The notes under the pieces were generated by a model. The model had not been told where the DNA came from, made no database searches, and saw nothing but the letters and a program-made list of their open reading frames with translations. The translations under genes were made by a program, and so were the position numbers. From Brevibacterium luteolum (GTDB taxonomy: Bacteria; Actinomycetota; Actinomycetes; Actinomycetales; Brevibacteriaceae), in assembly GCF_013004595.1 (NCBI RefSeq), contig NZ_JABEMC010000003.1:1-64000 (forward strand): a stretch of 64,000 nucleotides of DNA, read 5' to 3'. Positions 48,623 to 59,057 of this stretch are shown here, one piece after another; the first letter of the stretch is position 1, and each line of letters opens with the position of its first letter.

Positions 48623-51616
48623 GTGACGTTTTCCGCCGGTCAACCCCGTAAGCCCGGTTCGCCCGGTCGGCCGCAAGGGCGGTCGACGAAGGTCTCGCCG
48701 CTGGTCCTCACGCTCATCGGCGTGGCCGTGGTGCTGGGCTTGTTCGTCGTGTTCGCGCAGGTCTACACCGACATCCTGTGGTTCGATCAGCTTGGCTTCC
48801 TGCAGGTGTTCACCACCGAATGGGTGACGAAGATCATCCTGTTCGTCATCGGTGTGCTGCTCATGGCCGCACCGCTGTGGCTGTGCCTGAACCTGGCTCA
48901 CCGCAAGCGCCCGGTCTATGCGCCGACGACACCGCAGCAGGAGAACCTCGACCGCTACCGCGAGGCCATCGAGCCGCTGCGCGCAGTCGTGACCATCGTC
49001 GCCTCGCTCGTCGTCGGTGTGCTTGGCGGCATCGCCCTGTCGGCCTCCTGGCAGCAGGTGCAGATGTTCCTGCACTCCACCCCGTTCGGGATCAAGGATC
49101 CGGAGTTCGGCCACGACGTGTCCTTCTTCGTCTTCCAGCTGCCGGTCATCCGCCTCCTCGTCGACTACCTCGGAATGGTCGCGCTGCTGGCCTTCATCGG
49201 CTCGCTGGTCGCCCACTACCTCTTCGGGGGACTGCGTCCCGGCGAGCAGCGCGGTCTCGACATGACCCGCGCGGCTCAGGTGCAGATCGCGGTGACCGCC
49301 GGCGTGCTCATCCTGCTGCAGGCCGCCCGCCTGTTCGTGCTGCGCTACGAGTCGCTGACCAACACCAGCGGTATCGTCACCGGTGCCACCTACACGACGA
49401 GCAACATCACGCTGCCGGCGATGCTCATCATCGCCCTGGCCGCGCTCGTCGTCGCGCTGCTGTTCCTTGCCAACGCCTTCCGCAGCATGTGGAAGCTCTC
49501 GATCGTCTCGGTCATCATGCTGCTCGTCCTCGGTGCTGTGTCGGTCATCGGCCTGCCGGCTGCCGTGCAGCAGTTCCAGGTCTCGCCTTCTGAGCAGTCC
49601 CTGGAGCGCGAGTTCATCCAGCGCAACCTCGACGCCACCCGCTACGCCTACGGCATCCAGGACGTCGATGTGATCCCGTACTCGCCGACCACCGAAGGTG
49701 AGCCCGGCGCGCTGCGCGCCGATGCCGAGACCGCCGCCTCGGTGCGTCTGCTCGACCCGAACCTGGTGTCCGATACGTTCCGCCAGCTGCAGCAGCAGCG
49801 TCCGTTCTACAGCTTCCCCGAGCAGCTCGACGTCGATCGCTACCGCATCGACGGTGAGATGCAGGACACAGTCATTGCGCTGCGTGAGCTCAACCCGGAT
49901 TCGCAGTCGGATTCCTCCTGGCTCAACCAGGCCGTCGTCTACACCCATGGTTTCGGTGTCGTCGCCGCGTACGGCAACCGTCAGGGCAATGACGGTCAGC
50001 CGTCCTTCCTCGAAGCAAACATCCCGCCGACTGGTGAGCTCGGCGAGTACGAGCCGCGCATCTACTTCGGTGAGCGCTCACCGCTGTACTCGATCGTCGG
50101 CGCACCTGACGGCGCCGACCCGCGCGAGATCGACTATCCCGCCGATGGCGACGACGGTGAGGCGCAGGTGTACAACACGTTCTCCGGTGAGGGCGGGCCG
50201 TCGGTCGGCAACTTCTTCAACCGTCTCGTCTACGCCGTGAAGTTCCAGGACGAGCAGATCGTGCTCTCCGATGCGGTCAACGACGAATCCCAGATCCTGT
50301 ATGAGCGCACCCCGCGTGAGCGCATCAAGCGCGTCGCCCCGTTCCTCGAAGTCGACGGCGACCCCTACCCGGCGGTCATCGACGGGCGCATCAAGTGGAT
50401 CGTCGATGCGTACACGACGAGCCCGCACTACCCGTACTCGACCCCGCAGGTGCTGCAGGACGCCACCCAGGACTCGAACACTGAGCGCAGCGGCAGCCAG
50501 CAGGCGCTGCCGCCGCAGCAGGTGAACTACATCCGCAACTCGGTCAAGGTCACCGTCGACGCCTATGACGGCAAAGTCGACCTCTACGAGTGGGAAGACG
50601 ACGATCCGGTGCTCAAAACCTGGATGAAGATCTTCCCGGGCCTGTTCAAGTCCACCGATGAGATGAGCGCAGACCTCATGGCGCACGTGCGCTACCCCGA
50701 GGACCTGTTCAAGGTGCAGCGCCAGCTGCTCACCCGCTACCACGTCGACGACGCGAACTCCTTCTACACCGGCCAGGACTTCTGGACGCTGCCGACGGAC
50801 CCGACGGTCAACCAGGAGCGCAACCTCCTGCAGCCGCCGTTCTACCTGACGCTGCGCATGCCCGGCCAGGAGAAGCCGTCGTTCTCGCTGACTTCGTCGT
50901 TCATCCCGCGCCAGGCGCAGGGTCAGACGCGCAACAACCTCACCGGCTTCCTGGCGGCTAACGCCGATGCCGGTGAGGAGGCTGGAACGAAGAGTGAGGA
51001 CTACGGCCGGCTGCGTCTGCTGCAGCTGCCGCGCAACACGACGTTCCCCGGCCCGGGTCAGGCGCAGAACAACTTCAACACCGAGCCTGAGATCCAGTCG
51101 AGCCTCAACCTGCTGCGCCAGGGTGAGTCGCAGGTGCAGAACGGCAACCTGCTGACCCTGCCGGTGGCCGGCGGTCTGCTGTACATCCAGCCGGTCTACG
51201 TCCGCTCGGCCGGTGAGACCTCCTACCCGGTGCTGCAGCGTGTGCTTGTGGCCTTCGGTGAGCAGATCGGCTTCGCCCCGACTCTCGATGCCGCCCTTGA
51301 CCAGGTGTTCGGCGGTGACTCCGGTGTCCAGGCCGGTGACGCCGGTCAGGAGCCTGAGGAGGATGAGGAAGGCGCTACTGGCGGCACCCAGCCGGGGGAG
51401 ACTGCTGACCAGGCTCTCGCCAACGCCCTCGACAAGGCCAAGCGGGCTATGGAGGACTCGGACAAGGCCCTGCAGGACGGGGACTTCGCCTCCTACGGCG
51501 AAGCGCAGCAGCGTCTGCGCGAGGCCCTCGATGAGGCGATGAAGGTAGAGAACGAGGCCAAGCCGGCTGACAGCGAAACCGAACCCGGTGACGCTGCCAC
51601 CGACGGCGGCAACTGA
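48623..51616 (+). CDS. UPF0182 family membrane protein
   Basis: YTDILWFDQLGF, DPEFGHDVSFFVF, YTHGFG, PRIYFGE, NYIRNSVK, RYPEDLFKVQR, GNLLTLP. Confidence 0.95.
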   Translation: MTFSAGQPRKPGSPGRPQGRSTKVSPLVLTLIGVAVVLGLFVVFAQVYTDILWFDQLGFLQVFTTEWVTKIILFVIGVLLMAAPLWLCLNLAHRKRPVYAPTTPQQENLDRYREAIEPLRAVVTIVASLVVGVLGGIALSASWQQVQMFLHSTPFGIKDPEFGHDVSFFVFQLPVIRLLVDYLGMVALLAFIGSLVAHYLFGGLRPGEQRGLDMTRAAQVQIAVTAGVLILLQAARLFVLRYESLTNTSGIVTGATYTTSNITLPAMLIIALAALVVALLFLANAFRSMWKLSIVSVIMLLVLGAVSVIGLPAAVQQFQVSPSEQSLEREFIQRNLDATRYAYGIQDVDVIPYSPTTEGEPGALRADAETAASVRLLDPNLVSDTFRQLQQQRPFYSFPEQLDVDRYRIDGEMQDTVIALRELNPDSQSDSSWLNQAVVYTHGFGVVAAYGNRQGNDGQPSFLEANIPPTGELGEYEPRIYFGERSPLYSIVGAPDGADPREIDYPADGDDGEAQVYNTFSGEGGPSVGNFFNRLVYAVKFQDEQIVLSDAVNDESQILYERTPRERIKRVAPFLEVDGDPYPAVIDGRIKWIVDAYTTSPHYPYSTPQVLQDATQDSNTERSGSQQALPPQQVNYIRNSVKVTVDAYDGKVDLYEWEDDDPVLKTWMKIFPGLFKSTDEMSADLMAHVRYPEDLFKVQRQLLTRYHVDDANSFYTGQDFWTLPTDPTVNQERNLLQPPFYLTLRMPGQEKPSFSLTSSFIPRQAQGQTRNNLTGFLAANADAGEEAGTKSEDYGRLRLLQLPRNTTFPGPGQAQNNFNTEPEIQSSLNLLRQGESQVQNGNLLTLPVAGGLLYIQPVYVRSAGETSYPVLQRVLVAFGEQIGFAPTLDAALDQVFGGDSGVQAGDAGQEPEEDEEGATGGTQPGETADQALANALDKAKRAMEDSDKALQDGDFASYGEAQQRLREALDEAMKVENEAKPADSETEPGDAATDGGN

Positions 51617-51633
51617 ACCTGCCGGCCCCACGC

Positions 51634-51672
51634 CCGAGGCGGCGGTCACCACTGCGGTGACCGCCGCCTCGG
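51634..51672 (+). terminator. Terminator hairpin after UPF0182
   Basis: CCGAGGCGGCGGTCACC-actgc-GGTGACCGCCGCCTCGG, 17-bp stem. Confidence 0.75.
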
Positions 51673-51709
51673 CGATTCAGGCAGTGTTAACAAGGTCACC
51701 ATCAGGGAT

Positions 51710-51738
51710 TTGGACGCACGTCAGGACTGCCGTATAGT
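51710..51738 (+). promoter_or_regulatory. SigA-type promoter of the tRNA gene
   Basis: TTGGAC-N17-TATAGT, 11 nt upstream of the tRNA 5' end. Confidence 0.7.
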
Positions 51739-51749
51739 AGAACATGCGC

Positions 51750-51823
51750 CGCGGGGTGGAGCAGTTCGGTAGCTCGCCGGGCTCATAACCCGGAGGTCGG
51801 AGGTTCAAATCCTCCCCCCGCCA
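51750..51823 (+). tRNA. tRNA-Met(CAT), initiator type; CCA not encoded
   Basis: Cloverleaf CGCGGGG...; anticodon stem CCGGG/CCCGG around CTCATAA; T-arm GGAGG-TTCAAAT-CCTCC; unpaired C1:C72 and three G:C pairs mark an initiator tRNA. Confidence 0.97.
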
Positions 51824-51829
51824 CGAGAA

Positions 51830-51870
51830 AAGGCCCGCTGACCAGCAGAAACGCCAGGTCAGCGGGCCTT
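51830..51870 (+). terminator. Terminator after the tRNA
   Basis: AAGGCCCGCTGACC-N13-GGTCAGCGGGCCTT. Confidence 0.75.
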
Positions 51871-52019
51871 CTGCTCACTCAGAAAGTGATCGGCTGCGGT
51901 GGTCAGCGGTGGCGTGCCTCGACCGTCCGGCAGGAGACGGACATCACGTGGAGTGCTGTGTGCACCGGCGGTCGTGGTGAGCCGATTGCACGCCGCTGAC
52001 CGCTGGATGCAAGAATGAC

Positions 52020-53198
52020 GTGGTGAAATCCTCCGCCGCCTACGTACTCGTCGTCATCGGCATCGTCGCCGCCGGTTTCAACCTGCGGCCCGGAGTCACC
52101 GGGCTCTCGCCGCTGCTCGACACGATGGCGCAGCCGCTGGGCATCACGGCCGCATTCCTCGCCGTCATCGGCATGCTGCCTCCGCTCATCTTCGGCATCG
52201 CAGGATTCCTCACCCCACGCCTGACGATCCGCTGGGGTGCTGTGAGCGTCATCAGCCTGGCGATGATCATCATCTCTGCCGGCCTGGCGATCCGCAGCGC
52301 CACCGGCTCACCGGTGGTCTTCCTGCTGCTCTCAGCGTTCGCGCTCATCGGCATGGGCATCGGCAACGTCGTCATCCCACCGCTGGTGAAGGGATTCTTC
52401 CCCACCCGGATCGGTCTGTTCTCGACCATCCACGTCGCAGCCCTGCAGTTCGGGACGTTCATTCCACCGGTGCTGGCGGTTCCGCTGGCGCAGGGACTGG
52501 GATGGCGGGGTTCACTAGCAGCGTGGTCGCTCGCCGCTGCCGTCCCCGCCGCGATCTGGCTGCTGCTGTGGATCCGGCGCGTCACCCCGGAAACCACGCC
52601 GAGCACGGCTGTGGTTTCGTCTGGCCGCTACCTGGAGCTCTTCCGCAGCGGCCGGGCGTGGGCGCTCATGCTCATGACCGGCATCACCTCATTCAACAAC
52701 TTCATCCTCTTCACCTGGCTGCCGATGCTGTTCGTCGGCGCCGGTCTGTCCGAGAGCTTCGGCGGGGCGATGCTCTCACTGGTCACCGCGATCCCGTTCC
52801 TCCTCGGACTGGTGCTGCCGATGTTCGCCGAACGCGTGCGCAGCCCGGTGGCTGCCGTCCTGGGATTCTCCGCCTGCCTGGCCGCCGGCTATCTTGGGCT
52901 GTGGCTGGCACCGGCTGCCGCACCAGTGCTGTGGACGGTGCTGCTGGGACTGGGGATCTCGACCTTCCCGCTGGCGCTGACCCTCATCAGCCTGCGATCC
53001 TCAAGCGCCGAGTCAGCCGCGGCCCTGTCCGGTTTCGTCCAGGGGCTCGGCTACTGCCTGGCAGCCACCGGTCCGCTCATCTTCGGCTTCCTCGTCCAGT
53101 CCAACGTCGTCTGGCCGGCCTTCGCACTCGTCCTCGGTTCGGTCGTGGTCAAGGCAATCGTCGCAGCCCGGGCCTGCCAGCCCGGGGCGATCAGCTGA
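52020..53198 (+). CDS. MFS transporter, CynX/NimT family
   Basis: GFNLRPGVTGLSPL, GNVVIPPLVK, FPLALTLISLR, LSGFVQGLGY; about 12 TM segments. Confidence 0.9.
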   Translation: MVKSSAAYVLVVIGIVAAGFNLRPGVTGLSPLLDTMAQPLGITAAFLAVIGMLPPLIFGIAGFLTPRLTIRWGAVSVISLAMIIISAGLAIRSATGSPVVFLLLSAFALIGMGIGNVVIPPLVKGFFPTRIGLFSTIHVAALQFGTFIPPVLAVPLAQGLGWRGSLAAWSLAAAVPAAIWLLLWIRRVTPETTPSTAVVSSGRYLELFRSGRAWALMLMTGITSFNNFILFTWLPMLFVGAGLSESFGGAMLSLVTAIPFLLGLVLPMFAERVRSPVAAVLGFSACLAAGYLGLWLAPAAAPVLWTVLLGLGISTFPLALTLISLRSSSAESAAALSGFVQGLGYCLAATGPLIFGFLVQSNVVWPAFALVLGSVVVKAIVAARACQPGAIS

Positions 53199-54462
53199 GC
53201 TTCTCGGCTGCTGACCGCACACGGCGTGCGGCCTCAGCGGTCTCCTCTTTGCTCTTGCAGAAGGAGTAGCGGATCGTCTGGGCGAAAGTCTCACGGGCCC
53301 GGGTGCCGGCTGCGCACAGCGAGGGTCCAGGGATCCCGGTGAAGCCGAACTCGCGGGTCAGCCGTTCGTTGAGGGCATAGGCGTCCTCATCGGTGGTGCC
53401 GGCGAAGTCGACGAGTGTGAAGTAACCGCCCTGCGGCTGGGAGACCCGCACACCGGGCAGCTGCTCGAATGCCGGCACGAGGATCTCCGAACGGGCAGCA
53501 AGACTCTGTGCTGAGCGGTGGGCGAAGTCCTCATGTTCGTTCAGGGCTGCAGCGACCGCCGGCTGGAAGGGTGCCCCGCCGGTGAAGCAGAAGTACTGCT
53601 TGACCGCCTGGATCGCTTCGCGCACCTCAGGTGCCGCGACCGTCCAGCCGATCTTCCAGCCGGTGATGTTGAAGCTCTTGCCAGCTGATGAGATCGACAC
53701 CACCCGGTAGGGATCGTCGACGATGCTGGCCAGCGCCACGTGCGTGCGAGCGCCGAAGACGAGGTACTCGTAGACCTCGTCGGTGAGAATCCACGCGTCG
53801 TTGTCCACTGCGGCCTCGTAGATGCGGGTGAGCATCTCAGCGGTGAACACGAGCCCGGTCGGGTTGTGCGGGGTGTTGACGATGATCGCTGCCGTCTGCG
53901 GGCCGATGGTGCGTTCGAAGGCCTCCCAGTCAGGGGTGAAGCCGCCCTCGCCGTCCTCGATGAGCCCGACGGTGCGCAGCTTTCCGCCGGCCAGTGCGGT
54001 GGCGGCAGCGTAGGAGTCGTAGAAGGGCTCGAAGACGATGACCTCGCCGCCGCGGGAGACGAGGGCGACGATCGCGGCGCTGAGTCCCTCGGTTGCGCCG
54101 ATGGTGATGAGCACCTCGTCAGCCGAGACGTCCTGTCCGTAGCAGCGGCGGCGCTGCTCGGCCACGGCGTCGATGAGCATACGGTGGCCCTGGCCTGGGG
54201 CGTACTGGTTGACTCCGGCGCGCATCGCCTCGGTCGCGGCGTCGATGAGGAAGTCCGGCGTCGGGTCTCCCGGTGATCCCTGCCCGAGGTTGACCGCATC
54301 GTGCTGCCCGGCCAGGGTGGTCATCTGCCCGAAGATCGTCTCGCCGATCGACCCGTCGGCATTCACCAGCCCAGCCGCGGTGGCCATCTGGTGCCACGTC
54401 GGGGCCGCATACAGGTCGGGGTGGGCAGCGCCGCGGCTGCCGGACTGGGTGCCATCAGACAT
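53191..54462 (-). CDS. PLP-dependent class I/II aminotransferase (YbdL/methionine aminotransferase-like)
   Basis: [54 protein letters not shown]. Confidence 0.9.
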   Translation of the reverse strand: MSDGTQSGSRGAAHPDLYAAPTWHQMATAAGLVNADGSIGETIFGQMTTLAGQHDAVNLGQGSPGDPTPDFLIDAATEAMRAGVNQYAPGQGHRMLIDAVAEQRRRCYGQDVSADEVLITIGATEGLSAAIVALVSRGGEVIVFEPFYDSYAAATALAGGKLRTVGLIEDGEGGFTPDWEAFERTIGPQTAAIIVNTPHNPTGLVFTAEMLTRIYEAAVDNDAWILTDEVYEYLVFGARTHVALASIVDDPYRVVSISSAGKSFNITGWKIGWTVAAPEVREAIQAVKQYFCFTGGAPFQPAVAAALNEHEDFAHRSAQSLAARSEILVPAFEQLPGVRVSQPQGGYFTLVDFAGTTDEDAYALNERLTREFGFTGIPGPSLCAAGTRARETFAQTIRYSFCKSKEETAEAARRVRSAAEKLS

Positions 54463-55231
54463 GGGTGAGAACCTCCGTGTGCAGTAGTCCGTTGGTGGCC
54501 AGGCCGTTGGCGCCGAAGGGCCCAGGCTGGCCGCCGAGATCGGTGAAGGAGCCGCCGGCTTCGGTGACGATCGGCACGAGCGCGGCCATATCGTAGAGTT
54601 CGAGCTCCGGTTCGCAGGCGACGTCGACGGTGCCTTCGGCGACCATCATGTACGACCAGAAGTCGCCGTAGGCCCGGGTGCGCCACACCTGGTCGGTCAG
54701 CGCGATGAACTTCTCGCGGTCCCGGTGGGAGGCCCATCCGGTCAGCGAGGAGTACGACAGAGACGCATCGGCGAGATCGCTCACCGTCGAGACCTGCAGG
54801 CGCTCAGGCTCGCCGCCGCCGAGACCAGCAGCCAGTGTGCGGTAGGCGCCGTGACCGGCGGCGGCATGCCAGCGCATCCCGAGCGCGGGGGCGCTGACGA
54901 CGCCGACGAGGGGTGTCTTGCCGTCGTAGAGGGCGATGAGGGTGGCGTAGACGGGCACTCCGCGCACGAAGTTCTTCGTCCCGTCGATCGGGTCGACGAT
55001 CCAGCGCCGCGATGCCTGCCCGCGGCTGCCGAACTCCTCCCCGTAGAACGAATCGTCCGGCCGGTGCTCGGCGATCTCGGTGCGCAGCATCTGCTCGACA
55101 GCTTGATCGGCATCGGTGACCGGTGTCAGATCCGGTTTCGTCGAGACGGCGAAGTCATGCGTCCGGAAGCGCGGCAGGCTGATCGCATCGGCGGCATCGG
55201 CCAGGCGCAGCGCGAGTTCGAGATCGTCCAT
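54455..55231 (-). CDS. hisN: Histidinol-phosphate phosphatase (inositol monophosphatase family)
   Basis: [46 protein letters not shown]. Confidence 0.9.
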   Translation of the reverse strand: MDDLELALRLADAADAISLPRFRTHDFAVSTKPDLTPVTDADQAVEQMLRTEIAEHRPDDSFYGEEFGSRGQASRRWIVDPIDGTKNFVRGVPVYATLIALYDGKTPLVGVVSAPALGMRWHAAAGHGAYRTLAAGLGGGEPERLQVSTVSDLADASLSYSSLTGWASHRDREKFIALTDQVWRTRAYGDFWSYMMVAEGTVDVACEPELELYDMAALVPIVTEAGGSFTDLGGQPGPFGANGLATNGLLHTEVLTHV

Positions 55232-55309
55232 GGTGACACTGTAGCGGTGCCGCTGAGAGCACTTGCCGCCTGGTCGGCATATGGAAAAGGCAGGCGTCAG
55301 GGGAGTGGT

Positions 55310-56350
55310 TCAGTAGGCCGGCTGCTGCAGCCCGCTGAGCAGCCGGCGCAGGGAGGCAAGCCGCTGCGGCCCGGCATCCCCGGCCTTGCCCTCGGCGACC
55401 CACGCATCGAGGGCGCAGTCGGGTGCGTCATCGAGGTGTGTGCATCCGCGCGGGCAGTAGGCGGTGGCCTCGACGAGCTCGTCGAAGGCGGTGAGCACGC
55501 TGTCGATGTCGACATGGGCGAGACCGAAGCTGCGCACCCCGGGAGTGTCGATGAGCCAGCCGGCGTCCGGCAGCGGCAGGCACAGCGCCGAGGACGAAGT
55601 GTGGCGGCCGCGTCCGGTGACGGCGTTGACATCGCCGATCGCCCGGTCGGCTGCCGGGATGATCTCGTTCATGAGCGTCGACTTGCCCACCCCGGAATGC
55701 CCGACGAGCACCGACAACCGTCCGGTCAGCTCCGGCAGCAGCTGGCTGATATGTGGGCGGCCGGTGGCGTCGAAGCCGCAGGCCACCACCCGCACGCCGG
55801 CAGCGGCATAGTAGTCGCGGATCGCATCGATCGGCGCCAGGTCGAGCTTGGTGACCGCGATGAGCGGTTCCATGTCGGCGTCGAAGGCGGCGACGAGCGC
55901 CCGGTCGATGAGCCCCCACGAGGGTTCGGGGTCGGCTGCGGCGGTGACGATGACGAGCTGGTCGGCGTTGGCCACGAGCACCCGCTCGGTCGGGTCGGTG
56001 TCATCAGCGCTGCGGCGCAGCAGCGTCTGCCGGTCGAGGATCTCGACGATGCGGGCCATCGTGCCATCCGCACCCGAGGTGTCGCCGACCACCCGGACCC
56101 GGTCGCCGGGGACGATGGAGCGGCGGCGCAGACGCGACGAGCGCACGCAGGTGACGATCGGCCCGTCGACTGGCGCCTGCCCGTCATCGTCGTGGACGAC
56201 GACGCGGTAGCGGCCGCGGTCGACGGCCGTGACCATCGCCGTCGGGGCATCCGAATAGTCCGGGCGCTCCTTGGTCCGCGGCCGGGAGCCTTTGCGGTTG
56301 GGCCTGGGCCGGTAGTCGTCTTCGGTGAAGTTGTCGTACCGTCTGCCCAT
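55310..56350 (-). CDS. rsgA: Ribosome small subunit-dependent GTPase
   Basis: Circularly permuted G motifs TKLD, GHSGVGKST, GRGRHT, DTPG; Zn site CPRGCTH...C. Confidence 0.95.
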   Translation of the reverse strand: MGRRYDNFTEDDYRPRPNRKGSRPRTKERPDYSDAPTAMVTAVDRGRYRVVVHDDDGQAPVDGPIVTCVRSSRLRRRSIVPGDRVRVVGDTSGADGTMARIVEILDRQTLLRRSADDTDPTERVLVANADQLVIVTAAADPEPSWGLIDRALVAAFDADMEPLIAVTKLDLAPIDAIRDYYAAAGVRVVACGFDATGRPHISQLLPELTGRLSVLVGHSGVGKSTLMNEIIPAADRAIGDVNAVTGRGRHTSSSALCLPLPDAGWLIDTPGVRSFGLAHVDIDSVLTAFDELVEATAYCPRGCTHLDDAPDCALDAWVAEGKAGDAGPQRLASLRRLLSGLQQPAY

Positions 56351-56352
56351 GC

Positions 56353-57654
56353 TCAGCGCTCGCCTGCCAGCATGCCCGACCACAGCTGCGTGAAGTCAGG
56401 CATCGTCTTGGCCACCGTGCCGGCGTCGATGACCTCGACGCCGTCGACGCACAGGCCGAGCACCGCTGCGGCCATTACCATCCGGTGATCGTGATACGTC
56501 TCGAACTGCCCACCGGACCGTGCCGGGGCGTGGATCGTGAGGGCATCAGCATGTTCGGTCACCTTCGCACCCAGCCTGCCGAGTTCGGCGGCGAGAGCGG
56601 CCAGCCGGTCGGTTTCGTGTCCGCGCAGATGCCCGATGCCGCGCAGCCGGCTCTCACCGTCAGCACACGCAGCGACAGCGGCGGTGACGGGGGTGAGCTC
56701 GCCGACAGCCGAGAGATCGACGTCGATCGGGGCCACCGCCTCGGGTCCGGTGACGCACAGGGTGGCGTCAGTCAACTCGACCTGGGCGCCGAAGCTCTCA
56801 GCCAGGCCGCGGAAGGCATCACCGGCCTGCGTCGTCTCGGCAGGCCAGTGCGGCACGCACACCTGCCCGCCGGTGACGATCGCAGCGGCGAGGAAGGTCG
56901 CGGCGTTCGACAGGTCCGGCTCAACCGTGACGGTGAACCCGCGCGGCCGGCCAGGAGCGACCGTCCACTCGTGCTCACCGGTGGCGGAGGCGTCGATGCC
57001 GGCCAGACGCATCGTCTCCAGGGTCATCTCGATGTGCGGGCGCGAGGGGACAGCGTCGCCGGTGTGGACGAGGGTGAGCCCGTCGTCGAACAGGCAGCCG
57101 GCCAGCAGCAGCCCGGAGACGAACTGGCTGGAGGCCGAGGCGTCGATCTCGATCCGCCCGCCGGCCACGCCGCCGGGGGAGTGCAGGTCGAAGGGCAGCG
57201 AAGTCGCACCGGCGGTGATCTCGACGCCGAGGTCGCGCAGCGCGCCGATCATCGTGTCCATCGGCCGCACATAGGCCTGTGCGTCGCCGTCGATGCGCAC
57301 GCTGCGGCCGGTGGCCGCGGCCAGCGGCGGGATGAAGCGCATGACGGTGCCGGCCAGCCCGCAGTCGACGGTGGCAGCGGCATCCGTGCCCGAGGCGGTG
57401 GCCGGAAGCGGAGTGATCGTCACCTGGCCGTCGGTCGAGTCGTCGACCTCGGCGCCGAGTGCGGTGATCGCTGCGAGCATGAGCTCGGTGTCACGGCTGA
57501 TGAGCGGGTTGATGATCGTCGAGGGCTGGGCTGCGACCGCGGCTAAGGCGATATAGCGGTTGGTGAGCGATTTGGAACCGGGTACTGCGACTGTGGCCCG
57601 CACCGGTGCGGTTGCACGCGGGGCGGGCCACAGCGAAACGTCGCGCTGGGTCAT
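56353..57654 (-). CDS. aroA: 3-phosphoshikimate 1-carboxyvinyltransferase
   Basis: VPGSKSLTNR, DCGLAGTVMRF, SASSQFVSGLL, HLRGHETDRL, TYHDHRM. Confidence 0.97.
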   Translation of the reverse strand: MTQRDVSLWPAPRATAPVRATVAVPGSKSLTNRYIALAAVAAQPSTIINPLISRDTELMLAAITALGAEVDDSTDGQVTITPLPATASGTDAAATVDCGLAGTVMRFIPPLAAATGRSVRIDGDAQAYVRPMDTMIGALRDLGVEITAGATSLPFDLHSPGGVAGGRIEIDASASSQFVSGLLLAGCLFDDGLTLVHTGDAVPSRPHIEMTLETMRLAGIDASATGEHEWTVAPGRPRGFTVTVEPDLSNAATFLAAAIVTGGQVCVPHWPAETTQAGDAFRGLAESFGAQVELTDATLCVTGPEAVAPIDVDLSAVGELTPVTAAVAACADGESRLRGIGHLRGHETDRLAALAAELGRLGAKVTEHADALTIHAPARSGGQFETYHDHRMVMAAAVLGLCVDGVEVIDAGTVAKTMPDFTQLWSGMLAGER

Positions 57655-57659
57655 CGAGT

Positions 57660-58139
57660 TCAGCCGAGGTTGACGGCGTCCATCGCCTTGGCGGAGGTCT
57701 TCTCGACGTTCTTGCGCAGATCCTCAGCGGCGTGCTGGACGCGCCAGGCCAGGCCCGGCTTGCCGGCGGTGTCGACGCTGGCGATGAGCGCGCCGCCGAT
57801 CATCGAGGTCTTCGTCAACAGCGAGACCTGCGAACGCTCCTCCTTCGGAGTCAGCAGCTGCTCACCGATGACGTCGATGAGGTAGGTGCCGACGAGGACC
57901 GTGGCGGAGAAGCGCGGGAACTTACCGATCGCCAGCAGCGAACCGGCGGCGACCTGGGCGACACCGGTGGCGCGAGCGGCGAGCTCAGCGTCGATCGGGA
58001 TGTCGACCTGCTTCTTCACGGCGTTGATGACCGGGGTGATTGAATCGGTTGCGGCCTGCGGATGCTTGATCCGGGAGACGCCGTTGGCGATGTAGGCCGA
58101 AGCGAGCATAGGACGGGCGATGAGGCGAACCAGGGACAC
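57660..58139 (-). CDS. DoxX-family membrane protein
   Basis: RLIARPMLASAYI, LLAIGKFPR, GGALIASVDTAGKPGLAWR. Confidence 0.85.
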   Translation of the reverse strand: MSLVRLIARPMLASAYIANGVSRIKHPQAATDSITPVINAVKKQVDIPIDAELAARATGVAQVAAGSLLAIGKFPRFSATVLVGTYLIDVIGEQLLTPKEERSQVSLLTKTSMIGGALIASVDTAGKPGLAWRVQHAAEDLRKNVEKTSAKAMDAVNLG

Positions 58140-58320
58140 GGTGGCTTCCTTCCGATTGACGTCGATGAGTCGAGCCTGGCTCAAGCATAGTCGAAGATCA
58201 GGCCCATGCCATGCGCCGGCGTGCAGATGAGCCGCTGGCTGCCGGCAGCTGGGACTGTGAGCGTGCCGGCAGGCGATTGTGAGACAAGGTGCCTTGTGTC
58301 GACGATGTGGCCGGCCGGGG

Positions 58321-58680
58321 TCAGCTACGCCGCAGCTGACTCATGAGCGGGCAGTCGAACGGGTCGCGGGCGGCCAGGCCGACCCGGTTGAGGTAGGCGA
58401 TGACGATGCCGTAGGAGCGCCACAGGCTCGTCTCGGTGCAGGGGACGTCGAAGCGCTGGCAGGCGTCGCGGACGATGAGGCGGGCTTTGGCCAGGTGCGG
58501 GCGCGGCATGGAGGGGAAGAGGTGGTGTTCGACCTGGTAGGTCGGTCCGCCCATGAGCGCGCTGGCCCACCAGCCTCCGGCGATGTTGCGGGAGGTGCGC
58601 ACCTGCTTGGTGAAGAAGTCGATGCGCTTGGCGTCGGTGAAGACCGGCGCGGGTTTGTGGCCAGGGGTGAAGGCAGCACT
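58321..58680 (-). pseudogene. 5'-truncated fatty acid desaturase remnant
   Basis: Frame reads SAAFTPGHKPAPVFTDAKRIDFFTKQVRTSRNI...YQVEHHLFPSMPRPHL...RDPFDCP; only the third His box is present and there is no room for the N-terminus before cspA. Confidence 0.8.
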
Positions 58681-58853
58681 GCGCGGCTGGCATCGGCAGG
58701 CTCTTTCGGGATGGGGATGCGGGGATCCGTCAGTGCCCAGGGCAGCAGGCAGGGGAGGGCTGTCCGCAGTATGCGATCAGCGCGGTGGCGGGAGGCGGGA
58801 ATGCATCAGCGGGGCAGGGTCGTCAGACCGCCGCCCCGCTGATGTCAGGAGTC

Positions 58854-59057
58854 TCAGAGGACGCGCACCGAGGTGGCCTGCGGGCCCTTCGGGGTGCTCT
58901 CGGAGGTGTACTCCACCGTCTGGTTCTCCTCGAGGCTGCGGTAACCCGAGCCTTCGATGGCGCTGAAGTGCGCGAACACGTCAGCCGAGCCGTCGGAGGG
59001 CTCGATGAAACCGAAGCCCTTTTCAGCGTTGAACCACTTGACGTTGCCTGTAGCCAT
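58854..59057 (-). CDS. cspA: Cold-shock protein
   Basis: [18 protein letters not shown]...DVFAHFSAI...KGPQAT; AAAGGA RBS. Confidence 0.96.
   Translation of the reverse strand: MATGNVKWFNAEKGFGFIEPSDGSADVFAHFSAIEGSGYRSLEENQTVEYTSESTPKGPQATSVRVL

Noticed and set aside
51750..52020. Integrative element at tRNA-Met
   Set aside because: No integrase follows and I found no duplicate of the tRNA 3' end in the window
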